A stretch of 30,704 bases of DNA from Candidatus Coprovivens sp. (lineage in GTDB: Bacteria > Bacillota_I > Bacilli_A > RF39 > UBA660), in assembly GCA_051892935.1 (NCBI GenBank), contig JBJFGS010000045.1, forward strand, positions 1 to 30,704. The letters run 5' to 3'. The position numbers and the translations under genes are program-made. This document shows, piece after piece, positions 1-8,594 of this stretch. Every line of letters begins with the position of its first letter. The stretch's first letter is position 1. The notes under the pieces are model-generated. The model saw only the letters and a list, made by a program, of their open reading frames with translations. It was not told where the DNA came from and ran no database searches.

Positions 1-279
1 GTAGTTAAAGTTTTTGGTGAAGAAATAAAAAACCATTACAAATTACAAAATGTATCAGTAGTAGATAAGGCAGAACCTGCAACAAGTGCTTATAATATAA
101 ACTTTTTCAAAGATGGAGCAATTTATATGATAATTGGAATAGTATTATCACTAGGTATTGTCTTTGTTATCTTCTATTTTGATACTACTATTAAGAGTGC
201 TGAAGAAGTAGAAAATAAACTAGGATTACCAATCTATGGAATTGTTCCAAAAATAAATAAAAAAGAAAATAGTAGGTGA
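1..279 (+). CDS. Chain-length determinant / tyrosine-kinase modulator (Wzz/CpsC), 5'-truncated by window edge
   Basis: Not in the ORF track. Frame 1 reads VVKVFGEEIK...QNVSVVDKAEP...IFYFDTTIKSAEEVENKLGLPIYGIVPK...SR then TGA at 277-279. This is the typical CpsC C-terminus (TM helix + D.TIKS.E.VE..LGLP..G.VP) and lies directly upstream of a CpsD gene. Confidence 0.88.
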   Translation, partial: VVKVFGEEIKNHYKLQNVSVVDKAEPATSAYNINFFKDGAIYMIIGIVLSLGIVFVIFYFDTTIKSAEEVENKLGLPIYGIVPKINKKENSR

Positions 280-283
280 AAAG

Positions 284-988
284 ATGAAAGAAACAGAATT
301 AATAATCAACGTAAATCCCAACTCAATGTTCAGTGAATCAATAAAAAGCATTAGAACAAACTTACAATTTTCTGCTATTGATAAAGAAATAAAAACTGTT
401 TTAATAACATCTCCTGAACCAGGAAATGGTAAATCATTTATATCTGCTAATCTAGCAGGAGCATATGCTCAAGATGGCAAAAAAGTTCTAATAATAGATT
501 GTGATTTACGTCGTGGAAGACAACACAATATATTTGGAATTGAAAATTCAAGCAATGGAGGATATTCAAATCTAATTTTAAATTACAAAGAAGAAATAAA
601 ACTAACACGATATGTTACCAAAACAGATATCAAAGGAATTGATGTAATTCCTACTGGACAAACTCCTCCAAATCCATTAGAACTATTAACATCAAAAAAC
701 AACGAAAAAGTAATAAAAGAACTAAGAAAACACTACGATGTTATTATTTTAGATTGTCCACCAGTTTTAGGAATAAGTGATACACAAATAATGACAAAAC
801 ATTCAGATGCTAACATATTAGTAGTAACAAGCGGTAAAACAACTATAGAACTTGTTGAAAGATGTAAAAAAGTTTTTGAAGCATCAAACAGTAAAATAGA
901 TGGTGTTATAATAAATAACGCCAGTGTAAAAGGAAGTAGTTATAATTCATACTATGCTAGTTCATACTATAGTAGTGATTCAGAATAA
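284..988 (+). CDS. CpsD/CapB-family BY tyrosine kinase (copy 1)
   Basis: ESIKSIRTNLQF, Walker A (TSPEPGNGKS), IIDCDLRR, Walker B (IILDCPP), C-terminal Tyr cluster (SYNSYYASSYY). Confidence 0.93.
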   Translation: MKETELIINVNPNSMFSESIKSIRTNLQFSAIDKEIKTVLITSPEPGNGKSFISANLAGAYAQDGKKVLIIDCDLRRGRQHNIFGIENSSNGGYSNLILNYKEEIKLTRYVTKTDIKGIDVIPTGQTPPNPLELLTSKNNEKVIKELRKHYDVIILDCPPVLGISDTQIMTKHSDANILVVTSGKTTIELVERCKKVFEASNSKIDGVIINNASVKGSSYNSYYASSYYSSDSE

Positions 989-1016
989 TAATTTTTATTT
1001 AGGGGAAGTGAAGTAA

Positions 1017-1676
1017 ATGCATCAGGCAACAGCAGTATCCGCTGCCGACATAAAAACAATAACATATCTCTGCATCAAAAGGGCAGTTGATATAATAGCT
1101 GGTATAGTAGGTTTAATTATTCTAATACCAATTGCATTAGTTATTAAAATAGTATCAATATGTAATGGAGATTTTCACAAAATCATCTTTGTTCAAAAAA
1201 GAATAGGTAAAAATGGTAAAGAATTTGATTTCTATAAATTTAGATCAATGATACCTAATGCTGATGAAGTACTATTTAAAATGTTAGAAGAAAACGAAGA
1301 AATAAGAAAAGAATATGAAGAAAATAAAAAACTAAAAGACGATCCTCGTATTACTAAAGTAGGCAAATTTATTAGAAGATATTCCATAGATGAATTACCA
1401 CAACTAATAAATGTATTAAAAGGAGATATGACATTAGTAGGTAATCGTCCATACTTGCCAAGAGAAAAAGACGATATGGGAAAATACTACAAAGACATCG
1501 TAAAAACAAAACCTGGTGTAACAGGTTATTGGCAAGTATCAGGTAGAAGCGATATAACATTTAAAAATCGTTTAAAACTAGAACAATACTATTCAAACAA
1601 CTGTGGTTTAAGAATGGATATAAATATTATCTTTAAAACATTTGGTGCAGTCATTGGCCATAAAGGTGCGAAATAA
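1017..1676 (+). CDS. Priming sugar (phospho-glycosyl) transferase, bacterial sugar transferase family
   Basis: KRAVDI, QKRIG, YKFRSM, DDPRITKVG, SIDELPQL, KPGVTGYWQVSGRS motifs. Confidence 0.93.
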   Translation: MHQATAVSAADIKTITYLCIKRAVDIIAGIVGLIILIPIALVIKIVSICNGDFHKIIFVQKRIGKNGKEFDFYKFRSMIPNADEVLFKMLEENEEIRKEYEENKKLKDDPRITKVGKFIRRYSIDELPQLINVLKGDMTLVGNRPYLPREKDDMGKYYKDIVKTKPGVTGYWQVSGRSDITFKNRLKLEQYYSNNCGLRMDINIIFKTFGAVIGHKGAK

Positions 1677-1701
1677 AATGCAATATTATTGCATTTTTTT
1701 T
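1675..1701 (+). terminator. Intrinsic terminator
   Basis: AAAATGCAAT-ATT-ATTGCATTTT hairpin running into a T tract at the stop codon. Confidence 0.7.
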
Positions 1702-1793
1702 AATTGCTTATTGCTAAACATAATAAATTAAGATAAAATAATGGGGATTTTATAAATAAAAAATTATCTATATAGGAGAATTGAGGTAAAAAC

Positions 1794-2525
1794 ATGGAAG
1801 AAATAGATTTAAAAGAATTATTCTATTACTATTTTAAAAAAATACCAATTACACTAACAATTACAGTTTTATTCATAATAATAGGAACAATATATACATT
1901 TGTAGGAAAAACACCAATGTACTCATCAGATGTTACAATAGTACTAGTAAGTGGAAATAATGAAGAAACAGAAACTGTAACCCAAACCAATATCTCAATA
2001 AATGAAAAATTAGTATCAACATATAGCGAAATAGTTACAAGTAGAAAAGTATTAAACCAAGTAATAAAAGAACTAAAACTAGATTATACATATAAAGAAC
2101 TAAGAAATATGATAACCATAAACGGGGTATCAGATACCGAAATAATAAAAATAGAAGTAAAAAGTGAAAATGCTCTAGAAGCTCAAGTAATAGCTAATAA
2201 AACAGCAGTAGTCTTTGAAAGAAATGTTCAAGATATATATAATCTTCAAAATGTCGCAATATTAGATGAAGCAATTCTCGCTGAAGAAGCATATAATGAC
2301 ACCAAAATAAAAGATATATGCATATCAACTATCATAGGACTTATAATATCAAGTATTATTATTTTTATGATGTACTATTTTGATGATAGTGTTCAATCTG
2401 CTGAAGTAGTAGAAAAACGTCTTGGAATACCAGTAATAGGACAATTACCACTAAATGTCGATTCAAACACTAATCCTTCAAAAAAAAATAAAAAAAGAAA
2501 GGAATGGTTAAAATGGGCGAATTAG
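1794..2525 (+). CDS. Chain-length determinant / kinase modulator (Wzz/CpsC, copy 2)
   Basis: MEEIDLKEL N-terminus, two TM helices, TYSEIVTSRKVL, C-terminal DDSVQSAEVVEKRLGIPVIGQLP. Confidence 0.9.
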   Translation: MEEIDLKELFYYYFKKIPITLTITVLFIIIGTIYTFVGKTPMYSSDVTIVLVSGNNEETETVTQTNISINEKLVSTYSEIVTSRKVLNQVIKELKLDYTYKELRNMITINGVSDTEIIKIEVKSENALEAQVIANKTAVVFERNVQDIYNLQNVAILDEAILAEEAYNDTKIKDICISTIIGLIISSIIIFMMYYFDDSVQSAEVVEKRLGIPVIGQLPLNVDSNTNPSKKNKKRKEWLKWAN

Positions 2526-3211
2526 TAGTAAATGAAAAAAAGCATATATCATTCACTGAAGAAATAAAAAAAATAAGAACAAACTTAAAATTTTCATCTG
2601 TTACTGAAGATAAAAAAATTATAGTTATAACATCATGTAATCCAAGTGAAGGTAAAAGCTATATAAGTGCAAACTTAGCATCAGCTTTTGCCATGAACAA
2701 TGAAAAAATATTACTTATTGATTGTGACTTAAGAAAAGGTCGTCAAAAGAAAATATTCTTAATAAAAAATGATCGTACAAGTGGATTATCCAATTTACTA
2801 TTAAATAAAAATTGGCGAAATGAATATAAAAACTATATTCAAGAAACAAAAGTACCAAATTTACAAGTTATACCTACTGGACCATACCCACCAAATCCAT
2901 CAGAACTTCTTGCTAGTCCAAGATTTAAACACTTTCTAAACGAAATAGAAAAAGAATATGATTACATCTTTCTTGATTGTCCACCATTAGTAGGACTAAA
3001 TGACACTTTAGTAGTTTCTAGTATTGCTGACACAACGATAATTGTTGCCCGCCATAAAAAAACACAATTATCAGTTTTAGAAAATTGCAAAAAATCCCTT
3101 GAAGCAGTTGGTGCTAATATAGCAGGTATAGTAATCAACCAAATAGAAAAGAAAGAACAAAGCTACTATTATAATCACTACTATAGTTATAATAGTAAAT
3201 ACTATAAATAA
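2513..3211 (+). CDS. CpsD/CapB-family BY tyrosine kinase (copy 2)
   Basis: TSCNPSEGKS, LIDCDLRK, FLDCPP, Tyr-rich tail SYYYNHYYSYNSKYYK. Start moved to ATG 2513, which follows GAAAGGA. Confidence 0.92.
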   Translation: MGELVVNEKKHISFTEEIKKIRTNLKFSSVTEDKKIIVITSCNPSEGKSYISANLASAFAMNNEKILLIDCDLRKGRQKKIFLIKNDRTSGLSNLLLNKNWRNEYKNYIQETKVPNLQVIPTGPYPPNPSELLASPRFKHFLNEIEKEYDYIFLDCPPLVGLNDTLVVSSIADTTIIVARHKKTQLSVLENCKKSLEAVGANIAGIVINQIEKKEQSYYYNHYYSYNSKYYK

Positions 3212-3213
3212 AA

Positions 3214-4608
3214 ATGAAAGACTTACATAATCATATACTATACGGAATAGATGATGGACCAGAAAATATTAAAGATAGTATAGCTATGTTAAAACAAGCT
3301 GAAGCATCAGGATACACTGACTTAATTACAACTCCACATTATCGTCCATCAGAGGGATATGTTGCAGATAAAGAAAAAGAAGAAAAAAGAATAAATAAAC
3401 TACGTGACCAAGCTAAAAAAGAAAATATTAATATAAATATTCATCTAGGATGCGAAATAACCTTAGACGATGATACATTATACTTACTAGATAGTAAACA
3501 AATTGCCACATTAGCTAACAGTCGTTATATATTAATCGAATTACCATTCTTTGAACAACTAAATAATCTAGATGAACTACTAGATGGATTTAAAGAAAGG
3601 AAACTAATACCAATAATCGCCCATCCAGAAAGATGTCATGGTTATTCAATTAATGATTACAGAGTACTAATAGATAAGGGTGTTCTTTTACAAGGTAACT
3701 ACGAATCACTATATTCAAAATATGGCCAAAAAGCTAAAAAAAGACTAGAAAAAATGTTAAAAAATCATATGATAAGTTTTATAGGTTCAGATGCTCATAA
3801 TCCAGAACATAACAACTTCGAAAAAATAAGAGCAGTTCAAGAAAGACTTATCAATCTTACTCAAAGCATTGAAATAACCGAAGACTTAATAAACAACAAC
3901 ATCGAAAAAATCCTAGAAAACAAAATGATTAAACCATATAAAAGAAAAGAACAAAAAGAAAAGATAAAAGAAAAAATAGATAAAAAAACAAAGATATACT
4001 TAATAACAAAACGTATTTTCGATATATTAATATCACTAATAGGATTAATACTATTAATACCATTTCTGATAATAATAAAACTATTATACCTAAAAGATAA
4101 AGATAAAAACCCTATAATATTTAAACAAGCACGAATAGGTACAAATGGTAGAATATTCGAAATATATAAAATAAGAATAATGGTACCTAATGCTGATGAA
4201 GTATTATTTAAATACTTAAAAGAAAATGAAGAAATAAGAAAAGAATATCAAAATAATAAAAAAATAAAAAATGATCCACGTATAACAAAAATCGGTAAAA
4301 TAATAAAAAAATACTCATTAGATGAACTACCACAATTTATCAATATTCTAAAAGGAGATATGTCCTTTATAGGTAATCGTCCATACTTACCAAGAGAAAA
4401 AAAAGATATGAATGATTACTATGAAGATATAATAAAGACCAAACCAGGACTTACCGGTTATTGGCAAGTGTCATCTAGAAAAGATAATTCTTTTAATAAT
4501 AGACTAAAAAAAGAACAATATTATTCTAATAATTATAGTTTTAAACTAGATATTATAATATTCTTTAAAACTTTTATTACTATTTTTAATCGTCGAAATA
4601 CAAAATAA
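3214..4608 (+). CDS. Fusion: CpsB/CapC PHP-family tyrosine phosphatase + priming sugar transferase
   Basis: N-half: DLHNH, DDG, TPH, GCE, AHPER, GSDAH. C-half: KRIFDI, DPRITKIG, SLDELPQF, KPGLTGYWQV. One uninterrupted frame with a Lys/Glu-rich linker. Confidence 0.88.
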   Translation: MKDLHNHILYGIDDGPENIKDSIAMLKQAEASGYTDLITTPHYRPSEGYVADKEKEEKRINKLRDQAKKENININIHLGCEITLDDDTLYLLDSKQIATLANSRYILIELPFFEQLNNLDELLDGFKERKLIPIIAHPERCHGYSINDYRVLIDKGVLLQGNYESLYSKYGQKAKKRLEKMLKNHMISFIGSDAHNPEHNNFEKIRAVQERLINLTQSIEITEDLINNNIEKILENKMIKPYKRKEQKEKIKEKIDKKTKIYLITKRIFDILISLIGLILLIPFLIIIKLLYLKDKDKNPIIFKQARIGTNGRIFEIYKIRIMVPNADEVLFKYLKENEEIRKEYQNNKKIKNDPRITKIGKIIKKYSLDELPQFINILKGDMSFIGNRPYLPREKKDMNDYYEDIIKTKPGLTGYWQVSSRKDNSFNNRLKKEQYYSNNYSFKLDIIIFFKTFITIFNRRNTK

Positions 4609-4632
4609 AATTACATTTTTTGTAATTTTTTT
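4606..4632 (+). terminator. Intrinsic terminator
   Basis: AAAATTACA-TTTTT-TGTAATTTT followed by Ts. Confidence 0.6.
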
Positions 4633-4694
4633 TGTTTTTTAAAAGGATATTTAATTCCGTATAGAGAATATATAGGGTGAAAGGAGAATTTTTC

Positions 4695-5558
4695 ATGAAA
4701 GAAAAATAAAACATCTTCATATCACCAATGCAAGATATGATATTCAAAACACTATGGACGAAAGGAAAAGAAGAAACAAAAGAATACTTAAATAGAATAA
4801 TAGAATACGTAATAGGATTTCCTATAAAAGACTTTGATATTACATCAAACGAATTCCCAATTAATTCAGATAAAAGTATTGCCAATAAAGTAGATATCTT
4901 ATTAGAATCAAAAGACAAACTACATAAAGTAAATATCGAACTAAATCCAATTAGTAAAAAAATAACATCTAATAAAAATATAAGCTATTTATTTAAAATA
5001 GCAGGAGAATTCTATTCTAATATGCATAAAAATAAATACATAAGTGATATCCATGTCGAACAAGTTAACTTAAATGGTTTTTATCATGATATAAAAGACA
5101 TAGCAATAGCTGATTATAAATTATATGATATAAAAAACAAACTAGAGAATAAAAGTATAAGAATACATAATATTTATTTACCAAAAATGAAAGAAATGTG
5201 TTATGATAACAATGAAATATACTTAGATTTTGCAATGTTTATGTGTAACAGCTTTGAAGAAATGAAAAAGTATATTTGTGGTAATAAGGAAAGGAAAAGT
5301 GTTATGGATGATTTAAAAAATTTTGTCTTAAATGAAAACCTTCCAACATATGACTACGGAGAATACATTGAAGCATTACACAAAGAAGTAGCTGAAGAAG
5401 CAAGAGCACAAGGCCTAGAACAAGGTATTGAACAAGGTATTGAACAAGGTACAATAGAATCTGCTCTTAAAATGATAAAAAATGGTCTATCCTTAGAAAA
5501 GACTTCTCAAATACTAGAACTAGACATAAAAAAATTAAAATCTCTTATAAAAGAATAA
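4695..5558 (+). CDS. Rpn / PD-(D/E)XK nuclease-family protein. The natural start at 4695 is interrupted by TAA at codon 5; the open frame resumes at ATG 4728.
   Basis: P..D..FK.L N-terminal motif, VDILL...VNIEL (D...ExK-like), C-terminal GLEQGIEQGIEQG repeats and MIKNGLSLEKTSQI tail typical of Rpn. AAGGAG at 4681 precedes in-frame ATG 4695. Confidence 0.75.
5418..5450 (+). repeat. 12-bp coding tandem repeat (GAACAAGGTATT) encoding EQGI
   Basis: gaacaaggtatt gaacaaggtatt gaacaaggt. Confidence 0.8.
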
Positions 5559-5559
5559 C

Positions 5560-5580
5560 AAGGTGCCAATAGCACCTTTT
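5560..5580 (+). terminator. Intrinsic terminator
   Basis: AAGGTGC-CAATA-GCACCTTTT. Confidence 0.65.
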
Positions 5581-5652
5581 CTTATGATAAAAAATTAACT
5601 TGCTGAATAAAAAATATTAGAATATAATAATTATCACCAAAGGAGAATACAT

Positions 5653-6393
5653 ATGGCTTGTAAACAAATTGAAGAAGAAAGAAAAAGAAATAAAAAGATA
5701 ATAAGAACTATACTATTAATTATACTTTTCATAGTAATTATAACTATAACAATTATCTTTCATAAAAATATATTCAAAAATATATCTTGGGAAAGTATAA
5801 GTGTTATTATAGCTTGTTTAACACTAATAATTAGTATAATAACCAATACTCAAGAAAGAAAAAATAATATAACACTACAAAAAAGAGTTAGAGATCAAGA
5901 AAAATTTGAAGAAGAAATCGAAAAAATTCTAGATTTCTATCCACGTATCTTAGAAGATTACATAAAAAATACAAATTTCGAACTAAGAGATAATCTTAAT
6001 CCCCAAGATACAATGCTTCATTTTGATATAAAATCATTAGATGCTATAAATGCAATGAATACTAAGTATGCATGTGAAATAATAACAATAAACAATAAAG
6101 TAGATTATTTATATAAATTCCATACAGAACATCATCCAGAATTTGATAAATTAAAAATTAAAATAAATGATATGAATCAAGTTATTTCAAATGAAATAAA
6201 TAACTTTAGTATCTTAGTAAATGAATGCCTGAATGGTAGACAAGGATTTTCGAAAGAAGAAGCTAACCATAAAGTAGAAAAAAGAACAATTTATCTGACA
6301 AATATAAAAGATACCTATCAAAATAATATATCAGAATTATATGTATTAGCTTATAACTGTATAGAAGAAAGAAATGAATTAAGTTTAAAATAA
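5653..6393 (+). CDS. Hypothetical membrane protein (2 N-terminal TM helices + helical domain)
   Basis: AAGGAG RBS and two hydrophobic segments; no family recognised. Confidence 0.7.
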   Translation: MACKQIEEERKRNKKIIRTILLIILFIVIITITIIFHKNIFKNISWESISVIIACLTLIISIITNTQERKNNITLQKRVRDQEKFEEEIEKILDFYPRILEDYIKNTNFELRDNLNPQDTMLHFDIKSLDAINAMNTKYACEIITINNKVDYLYKFHTEHHPEFDKLKIKINDMNQVISNEINNFSILVNECLNGRQGFSKEEANHKVEKRTIYLTNIKDTYQNNISELYVLAYNCIEERNELSLK

Positions 6394-6406
6394 TTCATTT
6401 CTTTTT
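6368..6406 (+). terminator. Intrinsic terminator overlapping the stop codon
   Basis: AAAGAAATGAATTA-9nt-TAATTCATTTCTTT followed by Ts. Confidence 0.6.
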
Positions 6407-6558
6407 AATACAATAACAGATATAAATATTTTCTATATAGTATATCTTCCAATAATATGCTATAATTTATAAAGGTAATTCCTAAGTATATACAAATACC
6501 ATAAGTATAATAAATTATTAACATATATTATAATTCATAAAGATTTGGAAGTGGAAGT

Positions 6559-7614
6559 ATGAGTAAAAAAGTTAATATTAATTTAAATAAAAAGACAATA
6601 TTTATAACAGGAGTAGCAGGATTTATTGGTTCATATTTAGCTAAAAGGATTCTAAATGAATATAAAGACACTTTAGTAATTGGCTTAGATAATATGAACG
6701 AATACTATGATGTTAAAATCAAAGAATCTAGATTAAATGAACTAACTAACTATGAAAAATTTAATTTCATAAAAGGTAACTTAGCAGACAAACAAATAAT
6801 AAATAAAATATTTGAAGATTATAAGCCAAATGTTGTTGTGAATTTGGCTGCACAGGCAGGAGTTAGATATAGTATTGAAAATCCAGATGCATATATAGAA
6901 TCTAATTTAATTGGATTCTATAATATACTTGAAGGATGTAGACATCACAAAGTTGAACATTTAGTTTATGCTTCATCATCATCAGTATATGGTTCAAATA
7001 AAAAAGTTCCATATTCAACAGATGATAAAGTAGATAACCCTGTAAGTTTATATGCAGCAACAAAGAAAAGCAATGAGTTATTAGCACATAGTTATTCAAA
7101 ATTATACGAAATACCATCAACTGGTTTAAGATTTTTTACGGTTTATGGGCCTGCTGGAAGACCAGATATGGCTTATTTTGGTTTTACTAACAAATTAATA
7201 AAGGGTGAAAAAATACAAATATTTAATTATGGAAATTGTAAAAGAGACTTTACATATATAGATGATATTGTAGAAGGTGTATTGAGAGTTATGCAAGGGG
7301 CACCAGAAAAATCAATAGGTGAAGATGGACTACCAAATCCTCCTTATGCAATTTATAATATTGGAAATAGTAGTCCAGAAAATTTACTAGACTTCGTTAA
7401 TATACTACAAGAAGAATTAGTAAGAGCAAAAGTTCTTCCAGAAGATTATGATTTTGAATCACATAAAGAATTAGTACCAATGCAACCTGGTGATGTACCA
7501 GTTACATATGCAGATACTTCTGCATTAGAAAGAGATTTTGGATTTAAACCAAGTACATCTCTAAGAGATGGTTTAAGAAAATTCGCAGAATGGTATAAAG
7601 AATATTACAAATAG
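6559..7614 (+). CDS. NAD-dependent epimerase, probable UDP-glucuronate 4-epimerase
   Basis: TGVAGFIG, NLAAQAGVRYS, YASSSSVYG, YAATKK, GLRFFTVYGP.GRPDMA, MQPGDV. Confidence 0.88.
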   Translation: MSKKVNINLNKKTIFITGVAGFIGSYLAKRILNEYKDTLVIGLDNMNEYYDVKIKESRLNELTNYEKFNFIKGNLADKQIINKIFEDYKPNVVVNLAAQAGVRYSIENPDAYIESNLIGFYNILEGCRHHKVEHLVYASSSSVYGSNKKVPYSTDDKVDNPVSLYAATKKSNELLAHSYSKLYEIPSTGLRFFTVYGPAGRPDMAYFGFTNKLIKGEKIQIFNYGNCKRDFTYIDDIVEGVLRVMQGAPEKSIGEDGLPNPPYAIYNIGNSSPENLLDFVNILQEELVRAKVLPEDYDFESHKELVPMQPGDVPVTYADTSALERDFGFKPSTSLRDGLRKFAEWYKEYYK

Positions 7615-7625
7615 GGGGAACACTT

Positions 7626-8093
7626 ATGAAAAAATATGATAGAAAAGCAAGATTATGCTTAGTATCCAGCAGTGGTGGACATTGGGAACAATTACAAAAA
7701 CTGCAACCACTAATTGATAAGTATGATGGATTCATGGTAACAGAAAAAACTCATTTTGATGCTCCACTTGCAAATTATTTTATGATACAGACAGATTTAA
7801 AAGATAAAATGATGCCGATAAAAATGTTTCTTAACGGAATTAAAACACTATTTATATGGATTAAAGAAAGACCAGATTTTGTAATTACCACTGGAACAAT
7901 GATTGCTTATCCATTTTATATATTAGCAGTTATATTTCATAAAAAGTTCATTTTTATAGAAACATTTGGTAGGGCAAATATGCCAACGGTAGCTGGAAAA
8001 AAAATGGAAAAACATTCAGACTTATTTATAGTACAATGGGAGTCACAAAAAAAACATTATAAAAAAGCTATTTATGGGGGGTGCTTGTACTGA
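7626..8093 (+). CDS. PssD/Cps14F (Alg14-like) glycosyltransferase subunit
   Basis: LVSSSGGH, ERPDFVITTG, FIETF, FIVQWE, YGGCLY. Confidence 0.88.
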   Translation: MKKYDRKARLCLVSSSGGHWEQLQKLQPLIDKYDGFMVTEKTHFDAPLANYFMIQTDLKDKMMPIKMFLNGIKTLFIWIKERPDFVITTGTMIAYPFYILAVIFHKKFIFIETFGRANMPTVAGKKMEKHSDLFIVQWESQKKHYKKAIYGGCLY

Positions 8094-8590
8094 TAATATT
8101 TGTAACAGTAGGTTCAAGAAACTATCCATTTGATAGATTATTCAAAAAAATAGATGAATTATATGAAAATGGCACATTAAAAGAAAAAATGTTTGCACAA
8201 ATAGGGACGTCTACATATAAACCAAAACATTTTGAATATAAAGACTTCATTTCTCCTGAAGAATTTGAAGATTACATTAATAAAGCCGATATAGTAGTTT
8301 CACATGGAGCATCTGGCTCTATAATGAAAGCGCTTAATGCTGACAAGAAAGTAATAGTTGTAACAAGGTTGGAAAAATATGGAGAACACATAAATGATCA
8401 CCAAATACAAAACAATGAAGCTTTTAGTGAAAATCATTACGTCATAATGGCAGATTTAGAATTAAATGACTTGGGAGAATGCTTTAAAAAAATAAAAAGG
8501 AAAGATAATGGCTTGGTTAAATGGGAAAATAAAGATCCTATGTCAATAATAAACTTAATAGATGAATTTATACAAAAAAACTGGAAGTGA
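8081..8590 (+). CDS. PssE/Cps14G (Alg13-like, GT28 C-terminal) glycosyltransferase subunit; start uncertain
   Basis: IFVTVGS, FDRL, AQIG, VVSHGASGS, R...YGEHINDHQ. Confidence 0.88.
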   Translation: MLVLIIFVTVGSRNYPFDRLFKKIDELYENGTLKEKMFAQIGTSTYKPKHFEYKDFISPEEFEDYINKADIVVSHGASGSIMKALNADKKVIVVTRLEKYGEHINDHQIQNNEAFSENHYVIMADLELNDLGECFKKIKRKDNGLVKWENKDPMSIINLIDEFIQKNWK

Positions 8591-8594
8591 TAAT

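Noticed and set aside
6394-6558. Invertible (phase-variable) capsule promoter
   Set aside because: An extended -10 (TGCTATAAT) is present, but I found no flanking inverted repeats and no invertase in the window
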